Shown here: one piece after another, positions 16,060-30,559 of the stretch
Position numbering within the stretch: position 1 is the first letter of the stretch
Layout: each line of letters starts with the position of its first letter
Assembly: GCA_951406725.2 (NCBI GenBank)
Contig: OX597833.1
Location: forward strand, 44,330,001 to 44,394,000
Direction: 5' to 3'
DNA from: Octopus vulgaris
Lineage: Eukaryota
Length of the DNA stretch: 64,000 bases
Made by a program: the position numbers and the translations under genes
Notes under the pieces: model-generated
What the model was told of the DNA's origin: nothing
The model's input: only the letters and a program-made list of their open reading frames with translations
The model's database searches: none

Positions 16060-16256
16060 CGAACTCTCTTTTTTCCTCTTGGTGTTTGTTATATTCTTTC
16101 ATTCTATCACTTCTTTGTCAATTTTCTCATGTTCACATCTTTACTTCTCGCTCTTCCTTCTCTCGTATTCTTAGTCGCCGTCTTTTCCCTAATCACTTTA
16201 CTTTTCCCCTCACTCATTCATTCACTCACTGTGCTGAAATTCACTCTCTGCTCTGT

Positions 16257-16331
<75 letters not shown>

Positions 16332-16781
16332 GTGTATGTGTGTGTGCCATCGCGCGTGTTGCGTGAGCGTGTGTGTGTAGGCGCGCATGTGTATCTTGTT
16401 CTAAGCCTCTTTCAATCTGTTTTTTGTTTTATATATATATATATTCTACCTGTCTACACCTCGAAGCAAAAAGAGGGGGATAAGAGAGAGAGAGAGACAG
16501 AGACAGAGAGGGAGAGAGAGGAAGAGAAAGAGAGACAAAGAAAGAGAGAGACAGAAACAAGGAGAATGAAACAGAAAATGGAACAATCTCAGCTTCACTC
16601 ACACTTCGAATTACACTCCTTCTCTCATTCACACTTACATATATTGAGTTTTTGTCTGTTTTTGTTGTTTGACTATTTCGACTTCACTTTTCGAGTCAAA
16701 CACGTCTTTTCGTTTTATTGAGTTGCTGGGAGCCGAAGATCATTTCACTTTCTGTCTAATACCTACCTGTTAAGATCAGGG

Positions 16782-16830
16782 ATGTTATTAGTTATATTAA
16801 TATTGATGATGGTTCCTTACAATTCAGCCC
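16782..16830 (+). pseudogene. Inverted orphan signal-peptide exon MLLVILILMMVPYNSA
   Basis: Identical to the gene B signal exon, with intact GTAAGT donor and upstream TTTTATTGAG acceptor, on the + strand; no + strand Ig exon found downstream. Confidence 0.65.
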
Positions 16831-16981
16831 GTAAGTTAAGATTCACGACAGTATTTTCTTTTCAGCTCCAACACTCAATCTTTCTCTGTTAGATCTCATA
16901 CTTACATTCTTTGGGTGCCTGTGCCTACTATATTTTTCTATCTCCCCTAATTACCCTTCTTTACTCGTATTTTCTTCTGCA

Positions 16982-17030
<49 letters not shown>

Positions 17031-17517
17031 ATACACACACATACACACACACATATAGTATACTGTAGCCCACTGTGCCGATTCCCTAAATTGCTTGTAC
17101 ACCCAACCCATGCAAACAATATATTATTTAGCTACATGTGGATGTATGTATATCCATTTCTTTTATTATGCTCATGTATTATATATATACATAAAAAAAC
17201 TGCACGTATAATGCATAACTTAGAAGCTTCGCCGCGGATATCCTAACACCACGAGCTCTAAACATGGCTGCCCTTCACGTAATTCTCATGAGGAATTCCC
17301 GAACGAGCTTCGAGAGATCACTGCAGAGACGCTCCCGAAAACAAATTGTCAGTAACCGGTGGAAAACCGATTATAGCTGTGACTGTCACTCGATCAATTC
17401 TCAGCAATATCTGAAGTAGGAATTTTTATATTTCGAAATATTATAAAAGACTATGAATAATTGAATTATAGCATTGTTGTGCCTTTCAAGGACGTTATAT
17501 TTCATAAATGTATATAT

Positions 17518-17552
<35 letters not shown>

Positions 17553-17554
17553 TG

Positions 17555-17641
<87 letters not shown>

Positions 17642-18222
17642 ATGTATTAATGTCAGGTTACTTTCGAGTGCTACTGGTAACATGTAACCCAGTACAACCT
17701 GTTGCATGGTCGGGTCGTCGGCGACTAAGCTGGCAACCCCACCAAGCTTGCTTGGTGAGGAGGGTGTTTATTGGACACCCTGCAGGATGAAAAACACAAC
17801 TCGTCAAATGGCAGAGAAACTCTTGAGAGTCAACGGCCATCCAATAAATGTCTTAAGGCTGTATCATGCGCGGGGACATAGAAATAATCGGACTGAATAC
17901 CCGATCGCGCGGTTAAACCATTGGGAGTGAAGGACTCCTAGCCTTTGTTAGGGCATCCTTCTAAGAGAAGGTAACTCAGGTAACTGGGATAACTCCGATA
18001 TAAAACCTGCGGTTCAGTGGTTACCGATGATGTTGACTTGTTCTTCTTTTCGGATTATGGCTGCTGTTGCTTAGTGAGTGGGATTGACTCAGTGCACAGC
18101 CTTTCCTCACTTAAAAAAAATCTTCTTGCACGGGCATTGCACGATAATAACATTGATTAAGCTTCGTGCAATGGCCATACTCGATAACGAGGGGGCAGTT
18201 ACCATGTATTAATGTATGTATG

Positions 18223-18255
<33 letters not shown>

Positions 18256-18996
18256 GCACACCTCTCTCTCTATATATATATATATGCTGGAGTACTGAGA
18301 AATTTCTGGTGTGGTGACCGAGTGCGCAGGTAGATTACCAGGGTAAGTTGAAATCTAAACCGTGGCGAAGAGAACTGACGTACGAGATGAAGACCTCAAA
18401 TAGAAAAACCTGAGATATGTCGTTAGTTGCATCATTGGAAAATATTTGCAACAATTTTCTGCTATTAGTATTTTCAAATAGCCTGGCTGTACTACACACT
18501 CTTCGCCACTTAAAATCATCTGGCTATCATCTTAACTGATACTTTACATATACACGATGAAATGACGGTAGAATATGCTTTTTTGCTCTTTCACTCTCAC
18601 CGATCCTGTCCCCTGCGCTCGCGTACACAAACACAATGCATACATATTGTAGCCCCCTTTGCCGATTCCCTTAATGTGCTTGTACATCCAACTCAATGCA
18701 GAATAGTTCAGCAGATAAAATTCGTCCACCTAGCATCTGAAATGAGTGGCAGTAGTTTGAACTCAATTTATGCCGCATGAGTCAGACAACAGCTAAAGAT
18801 GTGGCTGATAGTCGTATGACAGCAATGACAGCGCCCAATGTTGCTTATAGATTTGCCAGGTGCAGCTTCATCGATGTTAGGTAACCCCAAGAAATTATGA
18901 AACAAAATCTTCTGGGTTACCAAGTACAATTTTGTGTTGCTGGGAGTCGAAGATCATTTCCCTTTCTGCCTAATACCTTACCTGTTAAGATCAGGG

Positions 18997-19045
18997 ATGT
19001 TATTAGTTATATTAATATTGATTATGGTTCCTTACAATTCAGCCA
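18997..19045 (+). pseudogene. Degenerate extra signal-exon copy in the inverted arm (donor lost)
   Basis: Mirror of 10514-10562; ATAAAT in place of GTAAGT. Confidence 0.6.
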
Positions 19046-19299
19046 ATAAATTAAGCTTCAAGAAAATATTTTCTTTTCAGCTCCAACATTGCATCCTTCT
19101 TTTTTAGATCTCATACTTACATTCATTGGGTGCCTGTGCTTACTATATTGTTCTATCTCCCCCGAATTGCCCTTTTTCACTCATAAATACACACACGCAC
19201 ACATACACACACACATACACACACACACAAACACACACACACACACACTGCGGCATGCACACGCACGCACAGACACGTGCACATTATTAAGTCGCCGTT

Positions 19300-20290
19300 C
19301 ATGACGACGCAATGATCAAATGGAGCAACCAAGGCCACAATACTCGTATTGCGGTCATAAGAGATGTGATACTTTCGCCACAAGACGCGCTGTACATACA
19401 AACATATATACGTGTTCGAGCTTAGTTTGAAGAATTCTTGTCCCATCTCTTCGTGAATTGTTTGATGTAATGGTGAACAGTCAATGGTATAGGAGAAAAT
19501 AATGATGAGAGTTCTGGTTGTTGAGAGGTTAGCTGACATGAGGTTAGCTGACATGGTAGACTGGAAGCCATCTGAATACTGGAAAAGAGATGCCTGTTCC
19601 ACGTTGATTCGCGACGGATATCAAAATGTCGATATTATGAGTGTTGCTCAATGGTTTGTGAACGCTGTAAACGTTATAAGACGTAACATGGATTTCATGT
19701 AAACCAAGTGACCCCAAAATATGATGGTTTTGTGTGTGTATGCTTTTTGTATGTGCCTCCAGTGAGGGTGACCTCACTGAAGTGAGCCTTAGACCTTAAA
19801 CGGAGCCTTAGGTTTTGAACTGAGTCGTGGGCTCAGTTCAGATGGCTAGGTGAAGCTGCTGGCGATTATGGTCAAACCGTTCTGGAGTCGGTTGCTGCTG
19901 AAAGGATATATGTGTGTCAGCAGGATTCGGCTCTTTGTCACACTTCCGGAAAAAAGTCAGAGGTGGTGGTCAGAGAAGTGGTAGTTGGAGAAGTTCTATA
20001 ATTTCACCAGTCTCAGTTTCTGGCCTCTTAATTCTCCCAGTTGTGATGTCATGGAATATTACGTGCAGAGTTTAGTTAAAAAAGACACCAGCTGCTTTTG
20101 CCTGCTGCAACAAGGCTGAGCGCGTAACCAAGTTCGGAAAGATGTCTGAAGACGTTCTTCCCAGGGACTCAGTGATAAACGCATGCGTCACACCCCGGAG
20201 CAGTCTCGAGGCCGTAGTGGAAGCTGAAGCAGCAATCTTCATTAAAAAATTATCTCCCAGCCTTAATCTAGTTGATAATTCCTGTTTTAA
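19300..20290 (+). mobile_element. Degenerate Tc1/mariner-superfamily remnant (WPxNSP..YYV motif); partial inverted copy at 41560-41900
   Basis: FWPLNSPS-CDVMEYYV-like segment and QQDSA catalytic region. Confidence 0.55.
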
Positions 20291-21294
20291 AATACATTTA
20301 TTTTGAAAAGAATATTGTGTTTTCATTTTGTGCCAACTGTTAAATTTATTCCAAACAGCCTAAAAATGTGCATTTGTCTGTGTGCGTGTGTAAGTGCGTG
20401 TGCGTGGTGTGTGTGTGTGTGCTGTGTGTGTGTGTGTATATATATGCACGTAATTATATGTTTATATAATGTATATGTATATGTATATACATATATATAT
20501 ATACACACCATACACACACAAACACACACACGCATACATATATATATATATATATTGTAAATATCGGATAAAATCTTTATAAGAACTTATCAAGTAGTTA
20601 GCGTGAAAGACCTCATAAGGGAAAAATTTATTTATTATTCCCTATAAATATATTTATTTATACTAAGGGCATTACTATACATAAATGCCTCACGCTACGA
20701 GCGAATCTTAAAGTCAATACTACCATAATATCCACATTGTACCGAACGTGAGGAAATGCAACTCTCGAACCGAGCCTCCTAAAATAGATTTAGCTGCATA
20801 TCATATGATTTCCTAATTAGTGCACAAAATGCACTATTTACTCGTCAGTACAAGCATAGTCAAGACATAAAAATAAACATACCAAACTAGTTGATTTTTG
20901 TTTATTTTTCTAGTCTCTTATAATATTTCGAAATATGAAAATTCTTTCTTCAGATATTGCTGAGAATTGATCGAGTCACGGCTATAACCGGTTTTCCTAC
21001 GGTTACTGAAATTTTGTTTTCGGAAGTGTCTCTGCAGTGGTCTCAGGAAGCTCGTTTCGGAATTCATTATGAAAATTGCGTGAGGGTGGCCATGTTTAGA
21101 GCTCATGTGCGTTAGCATATCCGCAACACTGCTTCTAAGTTATGCATTATACGTCCATTTTTTTATATAATACATGAGCATGTTAAAAGAAATGGATATA
21201 CACGCATCCACATGTAGCTAAATAATATATTGTTTGCATGGGTTGGGTGTACAAGCAATTTAGGGAATCGGCACAGTGGGCTACAATACATTGA

Positions 21295-21360
<66 letters not shown>

Positions 21361-22121
21361 AGAAGAAAATGCGGATCTTTTCACTTTGACCGGCAAATTT
21401 TAAAAATAATTTCTTTGTAACTAGTCACTTTTAAACTTCGTATGCTGGTAGAACATCGTTTTCTCTTGGCTTTCTTGCGAAAATTCTGTAGTTTGTAAGC
21501 TATTTGTTGTTAAATTTCTTGCATTTCGGCAATTTCAACAAATCAATGACGTCTATTTCACCGTTGCCATGTTGATAGCCAAAACAAGAAATAACGTTGC
21601 TAAGATTCTCGTTTGGTTTATGGTAAGGTGCATATAATCTTACTTTTCAGCCTGGTACATGTAGAAAAGGAGCAGGTCTGTAATCCGTTTCTATTGTGAC
21701 TGATGAGCCAAACTTTACGAAGAATTTAAACGACATTTTCCTATAACTTTCTAGTTCTGCTAAACCATGCATATCAATGTAAAAGAGAGTGTCATCCCTA
21801 TATATGCCTTCCCTAATTTAGTTGGAAAAAGATAGAGACTATTTACCTATAGGTGAAACTTTGTTTTATTATATCTACTTAGATGCATATGCTTGGACAC
21901 GTATGTACAAATATATATTGCACACATACAATCAGACATATTCTTATAATGTTTTCAGCATCAGAAAACAACGAACGGTAACTGAAGAAAGCACTCAGTG
22001 TGTAGTGTAGAGTCAAATATTTATATCCGGGGAAAACGTGAGTTGGCTGTTACTTGAAAGATTCGCTGAATCAGCAGTAAGCTGAAAAAGAAAGGAAGTT
22101 TTGTTAATTGAGAAAGAAACG

Positions 22122-22152
<31 letters not shown>

Positions 22153-22794
22153 TGTATGTATGTATGTATGTATGTATGTATGTATGTATGCGTTGCTTAC
22201 CCATGCTTTTTAACTGAACTGAATTAAGCTTTGTAAGTGTTTGAGTAAAAGAGGATCAGAAGCGTAAGTAAATGACAGCTAAAAGTAGACCTGATCGGTG
22301 TCTACGACAGACGCATTTGAGTAAAGTTTGTATTTGACTAAATAAATAATTATTCAAATAATAATCATGATTATGATAAAGAAAGTGAACAAAATATTGC
22401 ATAAGATAGCATAGAAAATATTGCATAGAATTTGAGAAATATCTTCAACGTCTTTCAATGCTGGCAGGCACATCAAACGTTCGTTGTAAGATATAAATAA
22501 TATGACCACTTGCTTATCGGGAAATTTGTAAGTTCGATTTTTAAAGGAAATTTTCATTATTTTTTTTTAAGTATCATCATTACTTCGGTGAAATTAAGAA
22601 ATTAACTCATAAATAGATGAAACCATGGAATCCATCACTTACAGAAAGAGAGAGAGAGTCTCATATATATGTATATATTTATGTATTATGTATGTGCCCA
22701 CACGTGTCATACATACACAGACGACGGCTGAGGGTAAATATAATACTAACCGGGTGGTTTCTGTTACTTTTTCGTTTTCTTTTTTGCAAGATCC

Positions 22795-22871
22795 TTAATG
22801 AAGATTGACCATAAAAAGCAGGATTGCGGCAAATGTTAGAATTTTAGTAATATTCGCACCATTCAATTTAA
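22795..22871 (-). CDS. Gene B, terminal exon: GPI-anchor-signal-like tail (V-KLNGANITKILTFAAILLFMVNLH*)
   Basis: Strong acceptor CTTTTTCTCTCTATTACAG, phase 1 matches upstream exons; N-G-A small-residue omega candidate, spacer, hydrophobic end, TAA ending at 22795. Confidence 0.7.
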
Positions 22872-23099
22872 CTGTAATAGAGAGAAAAAGATATGATATT
22901 CTTTCCTAAATTTGGTATAATATCAGAAATTTCAGAGGAGGTGTAAAATCGATTAGGTCGATTCCAGTACTTGACGATCCCGAAAGAATGGATAGCAAAT
23001 TCAATTACTGTGGAATTTGAAATCAGAAAGTAAAGCACATAAAATGCCTCCAAGCATTTTTTCCGGCGTCCAATGATTCTGCCAGCTCGCCACCTCGGA

Positions 23100-23880
23100 A
23101 AAAAAAAATCAAAAATATTGGGGATTTACATAAACACGCGTAAACAATGATAAGAAAATCGGAACAAAATTCCACATTAAAAGGAAAATGCGACCCAGGA
23201 GTAACTAAAAATCCCCAAAGATCCCGAGTCACCCTGTTCACCAAAGTCATTCTTTTGCATTGCTAGGTAAGGGATTTCTATAAATTATTCACAGAACCCA
23301 ACTTCGGAAAAGATGAGCCAGCTGGTCTTCATCGGCATCCAGAATTTACTTGAGGTCGTTGTCGTTTTTACTGACCACTAATTTTCAATAGAATGTCTTG
23401 CTGTAACATACACAGACCGCATTATCCGGCTGACAGAGAGCTGTGTCTGATGACAAAATAGGTGACTGGCGCCCTGCCTCGGCCTATGCTTGATCCCAGA
23501 CTGCAGCTTTGTCAAAGAGACGAGCTTTGGAAAAGCACGTCTAGCAAACGGTGATCGTATTTACTCACTGTGAAGCAAATGCTGGAGATGTCGTATGCTC
23601 AGCGTGTATCTGTGCGTAGTTAGTCACTGCATGCGGCGCTCTTCACCATCTGAAAAGCGGAACACGTTCCCTCCACAGAAAACGGAAGAACAAACATTTT
23701 ATTGTCAGCCATGAAGAGAAGCAAGGCATGGCAGTGAAGAGAAAGTACTGTACATGACGTCACCTCTTCCCCGTTCTTGTCTGTCTAAAGGCCTGGACTC
23801 AACCAACCCCTGAGCAATTTGGCCGGCCTATCTATCCAGCTCCTCAAGAAACTGACGGAAGGCATTGGCCAACAAATCCA
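23100..23880 (-). mobile_element. Tx1/L1-like LINE fragment
   Basis: GC-richer segment resembling the C-terminal part of the element at 52739-56000; decayed. Confidence 0.4.
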
Positions 23881-26815
23881 ATTACCGAGCTGCAAGTTCA
23901 ATGCGTTCTGTTGGTTAGTTTTTGCTGTTCTAAACATCTGGACTTTTCACGACTTTTTATTATTAGTGAATTAATTAATCCATTACCAAATTAACTAATC
24001 GTTTGATCAATCATTCTATTTCAGGATTGTCAGAGTCGTTTCATCACTGCAATGGGGGCGCACAGTTTAGGAAAATTATAATAAAAAGGGTAGTTCCTGA
24101 AATTTTAATTGCAGATGTCAGAAAAACAGCTCTCTAGGGTGGCGAGCTGGCAGAAACATTAACACGCCGGATGAAATGCTTAGCTGTATTTTGTCTCTCT
24201 TTACGTTCTTAGTTCAAATTCCGCCGAAGTCGACTTTTCCTTTCATCCTCTTGGAGTCGATAAATTAAGAACCAGTTGCGTACTGGAGTCGATCTGATCG
24301 ACCGCTGTCCTCCCCCAAAATTTTGGGCCTTGTGTCTAAAGTAGAAAAATTACCAGTTCTCATTTGTTGCGTACCTTTAAAATCTGCATTTGAAGGCGAA
24401 CATGAACACACATTCCGATGAACTGATGAGTTAACTTACTTCATTTGCATCATTTAGTGAATAATCAGTTATAGTGTATAATGCGCAATCATATTGATGT
24501 AAACATACGTGTATAATTTTGCATTCTGTAATTAATAATGACATTTGATATAATGATACGAAACGGCTGTAATCATATGAAAGACATATAAAAAAATTTT
24601 TTTTATTTCTCTCACACCTCCTGATTTTACGTTTTATACATCTACTAGCAGTATAGCCCGGCGTTGCCAGGGATTAAGTTAGGATTATTAAGCTAATCAA
24701 CGGCTTTGTTTCAAACCAAACTAAGTAACACCGACGTCAAATTTGAGTGAAATACATTTGAAATTGGTAAAGGTTACGCTGAAAATGGGTTGCAGACAAT
24801 TTGATTGGGAAATCCCATAAAGCATCGGTTTATTAATTTTTTCACTCCTCGACTGTTTTTCTTTTTCTTTTGAGCACTTAAAACATTCAAAGATCCCATG
24901 AGTCCTAAGTAACGCGGTTTGAATGAAATACGTCAAAATTGGTAAAACTTATGGTTGAAAATGTGATGTAGCCAATTTTAGTGGAAATCCTACAAGGAAT
25001 CGGTTTATCGATATTTCATCCTGATTGAATGGAAAACCCCATAAGGAATCAGTTTATTGATTTTTCACCTAAATAGGACTTAACCGAACAAAACATTGCT
25101 GATTCAAAAAATCTATATTTATACTACAAAGTTGGTTTTCACACCCAACCCAGTTCTGCAGAATCAGTGTCGCGATGGGAAGGCATGGTCGGGTGTTTGA
25201 CCGGCAGAGGCGGTCAGGTTGCAAATGCTAGCCCTTTCGAAACCCCATCATCATCTAACCCTCCTTGGCCCATGGGATGGGAACCCTTCCGGCAAGGAAA
25301 ATAGAACTTCCGAAAGGGCTACCGATCCTCTGTGTCAGAAGAGGTTATTATCGGATCACAACTAAGCCTTAACCTAAGCCTAAGCTAACCTACCGAAAGG
25401 AGGTTCGAGAGCCTCTAGAAAGCAGTGACTAATTCCGATCTAGTCCTAATCCTTCCAAGGGGTACTATTGGTCAAGGCAGCATATTTTGGAATTATTATT
25501 TCCCTTTCCATATGATTCCGTTGTGAGAGGTTGATTATTTTAGGGTAAGTCGGTTCAGTATTTTCTTGACTCTTTGTATCGGTGACCATAAACAGGATAC
25601 GCTACAAACATGGAAACCATTCCTTGTTATAACTTGCTGAATGTTGCAGAGACTTTGATCAACTATCATGGAGTCCGTGAAACTTGTCACTCAGCTGGAA
25701 GACTAGAGTCGAAGAGAGGGTTGATTCAATGATTACAGTGGAGAAATGTGAGGGATGTGTTGAAGAGCTGTGTGGTAAGAGAGAATGATATAGGTCAAGG
25801 AATTAAACCTAGGAGAAGTTCAGATGACTTTATCCGTTAGCCGGATTATGATAATACCAAAAGTGTACGTAAAAACCCACATTCGGACGCTCTTAAACAG
25901 AAACACATTGATGTCTAAAACATCTGCGTCAGAATAATAGGGAGTTGTATATTGGGTAATGGAGTGGATATATTATTATCATTAATATAATACTAAATTA
26001 CAGAATTTCATTGTAGTTACATTACTAACTGGTTCAATACCTGTGGTATAAATCTATCATGTAACTATAATATAATATTATATAAATAATAATTTTGTGT
26101 GGATGTGCTTATATGCGTTATATAAAGTGGTATATCTTATCTAAGTTTGGTTTTGTCCATTAGTGGCCCAGACCATGTGAAATTTAACAATATTGCTTGG
26201 TGTAGTCTTGTAAGTCAAACTTTAAGAGGGAAAACAACTGTTATTTGCTGAGAAGTATCCGGATGTCGGTGGTTTGTTTAGTGTTCTCGGAGGAATTTGT
26301 TCATTTTCTGTTTGAATGCTACGAAGTCGTATTTTTTTTTTATTTGTTTCGGAATTTTTAGACAACAATGCAGGAAAACTTCAGTAAAAGAAAAAGTAAT
26401 TGTAATGCAATTCGTAATGTTGTCATGTGATATGAACTTGACCTTTGTCGCAAATATATTTGGCTCGGGTCCAAGACATGGGTAAATGTCGTCTAATAGA
26501 GTCCAATGCATTTTAAGTGAATTTGGTCGACGGAAGATGTGTTGAAGTCTTTCGTGTGTATACATATGAGGGAGGTGACTGTGTGGGGGAGAAAGAGAGC
26601 GCGTATGTATGCATATGTCTTATCGTCCGTTCCCCACAATCACTTGAGAACCAGTGTTGGTTTGTTTACATACCCATAGCTCTTCAGTTCGGCAGTAGAG
26701 GCCGTTACAATAAGCACTGGTGTCCATTTGTTCGACGAAGACCTTTTAGAGTAAAGACCTAGCATGGCCACGGTGAAATAAGTGAAAGAAGCAAAAGTTA
26801 AAAGATAAAAGATAC

Positions 26816-26854
26816 CTGCATTATCTTTATGTTCGATTGGTATCTGCACTTGAC
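26816..26854 (-). CDS. Gene B, 39-nt stalk micro-exon 2 (QVQIPIEHKDNA)
   Basis: TTTTATTCTAG acceptor, CAG|GTATCT donor, phase 1-1; paralog of the 29392 exon in a tandem duplicated block. Confidence 0.6.
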
Positions 26855-26958
26855 CTAGAATAAAATATAATTCATTAGAAAATAGTATTTAGAAACACAA
26901 TAGTTGATGTTTTAATACAGTTTTTTTACCAAACTGGAAAGTGAAATCAAAGCAAATT

Positions 26959-27126
<168 letters not shown>

Positions 27127-29107
27127 GTGCGTGTGTGTGAGTATCACTAGAGCTACAATCGAAAGGTACAATCAAATTTCGATCTTGAACTGAAATTCAG
27201 TCAATAACTTTTATCTCGTTGTTTTGAATAAATCTTTAATAAAGATTTATTTCACAAGATTTTCTTTGTAGAAAGTGTTCTTATATATTTGTCTTTAGGG
27301 GTCGCGCTATATTTTCCTACTACTAGCTCATCGACTTTAAAATATGAACTGGTACTTATTTCATGTCAACCAGACAAACTGAGGCACTCTCGTGGAGTAG
27401 TTTCCTTTTGTTAAATTGCTGGAGCCAGTCGAATCACGTTGATGATACCTGATAATTTTGAACTACGATCAAAATTTCCTTCTGTAGCCAAATTGACTTG
27501 TAGTTCTGAAAGGGTTTATATAAACCAGACTTATACCATTTTTTTAAATGATGAGGGGTGGCTGGAGGGAAATATTTGGGGTGGAGGTTAGTCCTCTTAT
27601 TTTATCAGTAGGACTTCATCATCCAATGTAACTTCCTTTTTCTAAGACGACGGAATGGAATGGGTTTCAAAGAGAGTTAGTTTTTATTTAGCACATAGAA
27701 ACTCCTTTGTGAGGCAGAATATGTTGTGGTTATATTGTAAGTTCGAATTACACCGAAGTCGACTTTCTCTTCACTCTTGCTGTCTAACATCGTGTCTATC
27801 CTGCTCAAACACATCCATAGTCAACGATATTGTGGCGTTGACCAGCATAACAAACGGCGCGATAGAAGACAACATCAGGAATACCAGTAAACACTTACGT
27901 AGTCAAACGATATTGTGTAGTTTAATAAACAAAGTCAATCGTTCGCAAGTGTTATTTCAAAAACCAAGAAATAAAGCATTATGACATTTTGTTCACAGGA
28001 TGGTTACTACTATTTCACAAGCTGTCACATAGTTAGAAAAAGAAAAAAAAAAGAGATTAACGTGCTCGTGCCTCACCAAAACCAAAGGTGGAGTATTTTT
28101 AAATTGTTTCATCTATAGTAGATTTGGTGACAGTTCTGTCCAACACTTAAATTGAAACCCCTTTTATTATGAGGAGGATGTACGAACACTGTGTGTCATC
28201 TTCAGAATAGAGGACGGAAACCCGAATTGTACGAGTCACACCCACCTCTAATCTTGCCCCACATTATTGAGGAATGAGAAAACATAGACACCATCAAGGA
28301 CATTGCTGGCGACGTTGAGACCTGGCTCGCACTAACTTTCGTTGAACAATATTGGCACGCTGATCCATGCCAGCCTAAATTTCGCTGATATGTGGTTGGG
28401 AGTAATTTCTCAGAACTCTCCAAGATCACAAAACGATATCAAATTTGTCTATGGCAGAAAAGAATGTGAAGAAGGTCTTAAAGCTCAACATTTAGGGCAG
28501 TGAGATCGGCTAATAAACACGTGGCAGATAGATCCACTTCAAGGCTTTCTGTTCTGAAGACTTGAAAGAAAAACAAAATCAACCGCCTCAAATAATGGAA
28601 GATGCTGGTCATATCTTGGTACTAAATACAGGTCGTTAAAATTGATAATCCTCTCTTCGTTGTCAAGAACTAGTCAAGGGATCGAAGAATTATCTCACTC
28701 CTCCAACCAAAACCCGTGTAAACATTGAGAGTCATGAAGGACGGTAATAGCAGGAACCGAAATGAATAGGAAGTCACACTTCACAATAACATTATGGGAA
28801 CTAAAAACTAGAGGCGGGCAGACGTTTTCAAAAACATATAGAATAATGATCACCCCGAATGAAAACAATTGAAAAATCATGAAAACCTTCGAAATGTACA
28901 TCTCCTATGAGGAGAACATGTTCCACTCCGAGGTACCTATCTCCTATGAAAGAACCCATCTCTCGTGAAGAATCAAGAGAGAATTGAAAGAGTGTATACA
29001 TGAGTGTGTGTGTGTGCGAGCGTATGTTCTTGTATGTCAGTGTTCATGTGTGAGTGTGTGCGTGTGTGTGTTGAGACTGTGTGTGTGAGAGAGAGAGAAA
29101 AGGAGAT

Positions 29108-29145
<38 letters not shown>

Positions 29146-29353
29146 TATGTATGTGTTTTATCATTCGTTCCCCACAATCACTTGAGAACCAGTGTTGGTT
29201 TGTTTACGTACCCGTAGCTTTTCAGTTCGGCAGTAGAGACCGGTATAATAAGCACTGGTGTGTATTTGTTCGACGAAGACCCTTTAGAGTAAAGACCTAG
29301 CATGGCCACGGTGAAATAAGTGAAAGTAGCAAAAGATAAAAGATAAAACATAC

Positions 29354-29392
29354 TTGCATTAGCTTTTAGTTCCCTCACTGCCTGCACATCTC
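29354..29392 (-). CDS. Gene B, 39-nt stalk micro-exon 1 (G-DVQAVRELKANA)
   Basis: TTCTATTTTAG acceptor, GTATGT donor, phase 1-1; duplicated with both splice sites kept at 26854. Confidence 0.6.
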
Positions 29393-30559
29393 CTAAAATA
29401 GAATATAAGCTATTAAAAATAAATAGTATTTAGAAACACCAATATTTGATGTTTTAATACAGTTTTTTTTTTCCAAAGTGGAAAGTGAGATCAAAACAAA
29501 ATTTGTGTGTGTATCACTAGAGCTACAATCGAAGGGTACAATCAAACTTCTATCTTGAACTGAAATTCTGTCAATAACTTTTATCTCGTTGTTTTGTATA
29601 AATCGTTAATAAGATTAATTTGAAAAGATTTTCTTTGTAGAAAGTGTTCTATTTCATATAAGTCAGACGAATTGAAGCACAGATGTGTAGTATTTTCCGT
29701 TTGTTATATTGCTGGAGTCAGTCGAATCACGTAGTTGATCATATGAACGTACCTGATAATTTTGAGCTATGATCAAAATTTCCTATTGCAGCCAGACATG
29801 GTTTATATTAACCAGAGTTATGCCATTTTATTTTAGATGATAAGGCGTGACTCGAGGGAAATCATTTTGTTGGCGGGGAGTCCTCTTATTTTATCAGTAG
29901 GACTTCATCGTCCAATGTAACTTCCTTGAATCTAAGACGACAGAATGGAATGAGTTTCCGAGAGAGTTAGTTGTTATTTAGCACATAGAAACTCCTTCGT
30001 GATGCAGAATATGTTGTGGTTATATTGTAAGTTCGAATTACACCGAAGTCGACTTTCTCTTTACTCTAGCTGTCTAACCTCAGTTCAGTCCTACTCAAAC
30101 AGATCCATAGTCAATGATATTGTGGCGTTGACCAGCATAACAAACGGCGCGATTGAAAACAACAACAAGAATACCAGTAAACTTTTACGTAGTCAAATCA
30201 TGTTGTGTGGTTTTCGCAATAATATTATGGGAATTAAACACTGGATGCAGGCAGACGTTTTCAAAAACATTTTGAATAATGAACACTCCGAATAAAAACA
30301 ATTGGAAAATTAAAACCTTTGAAATGTAAACCTCCTATGTCGAGAACACGCTCTGCTCTGAGATACCTATCTCCTATGAAAGAACCCATCTCTCGTGAAG
30401 AATCAAGAGAGAAAAGAAAGAGTATATACATGTGTGTGTATGTGTGTGCGCGTGTGCGTGGTACTTGTGTATCTCTGTGAGTGTATGCGTGCGTGCGTGT
30501 GTGTGTTGAGTGTGTGTGTGTGTGTGTGTATGTGTGTCTGCGTGCGTGCCTGTGTAAGC

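Larger units (their letters stand above)
15530..20540 (+). repeat. Inverted duplication of the gene-family 5' region (mirror of 10400-12850 and of 41340-45230)
   Basis: Reverse-complement matches across the upstream block, signal exon and intron 1 segments. Confidence 0.85.

Noticed and set aside
24375-24422. Possible extra 48-nt phase 1-1 exon in gene B (HRNVCSCSPSNADFK)
   Set aside because: Poor polypyrimidine tract and no paralog support; left out of the model, though RNA-seq could revive it.
26278-26565. 95-aa minus-strand ORF as a gene B cytoplasmic exon
   Set aside because: FKQKMNKFL and the following sequence resemble a decayed CR1-like LINE 3' end; weak acceptor.
27655-30295. Paralogous + strand ORFs (27655-27984, 29999-30295) and hydrophobic minus-strand frames (LLVFLLLFSIAPFVML)
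   Set aside because: Similarity is explained by the tandem duplication; starts and stops differ between copies and no suitable splice acceptor was found.
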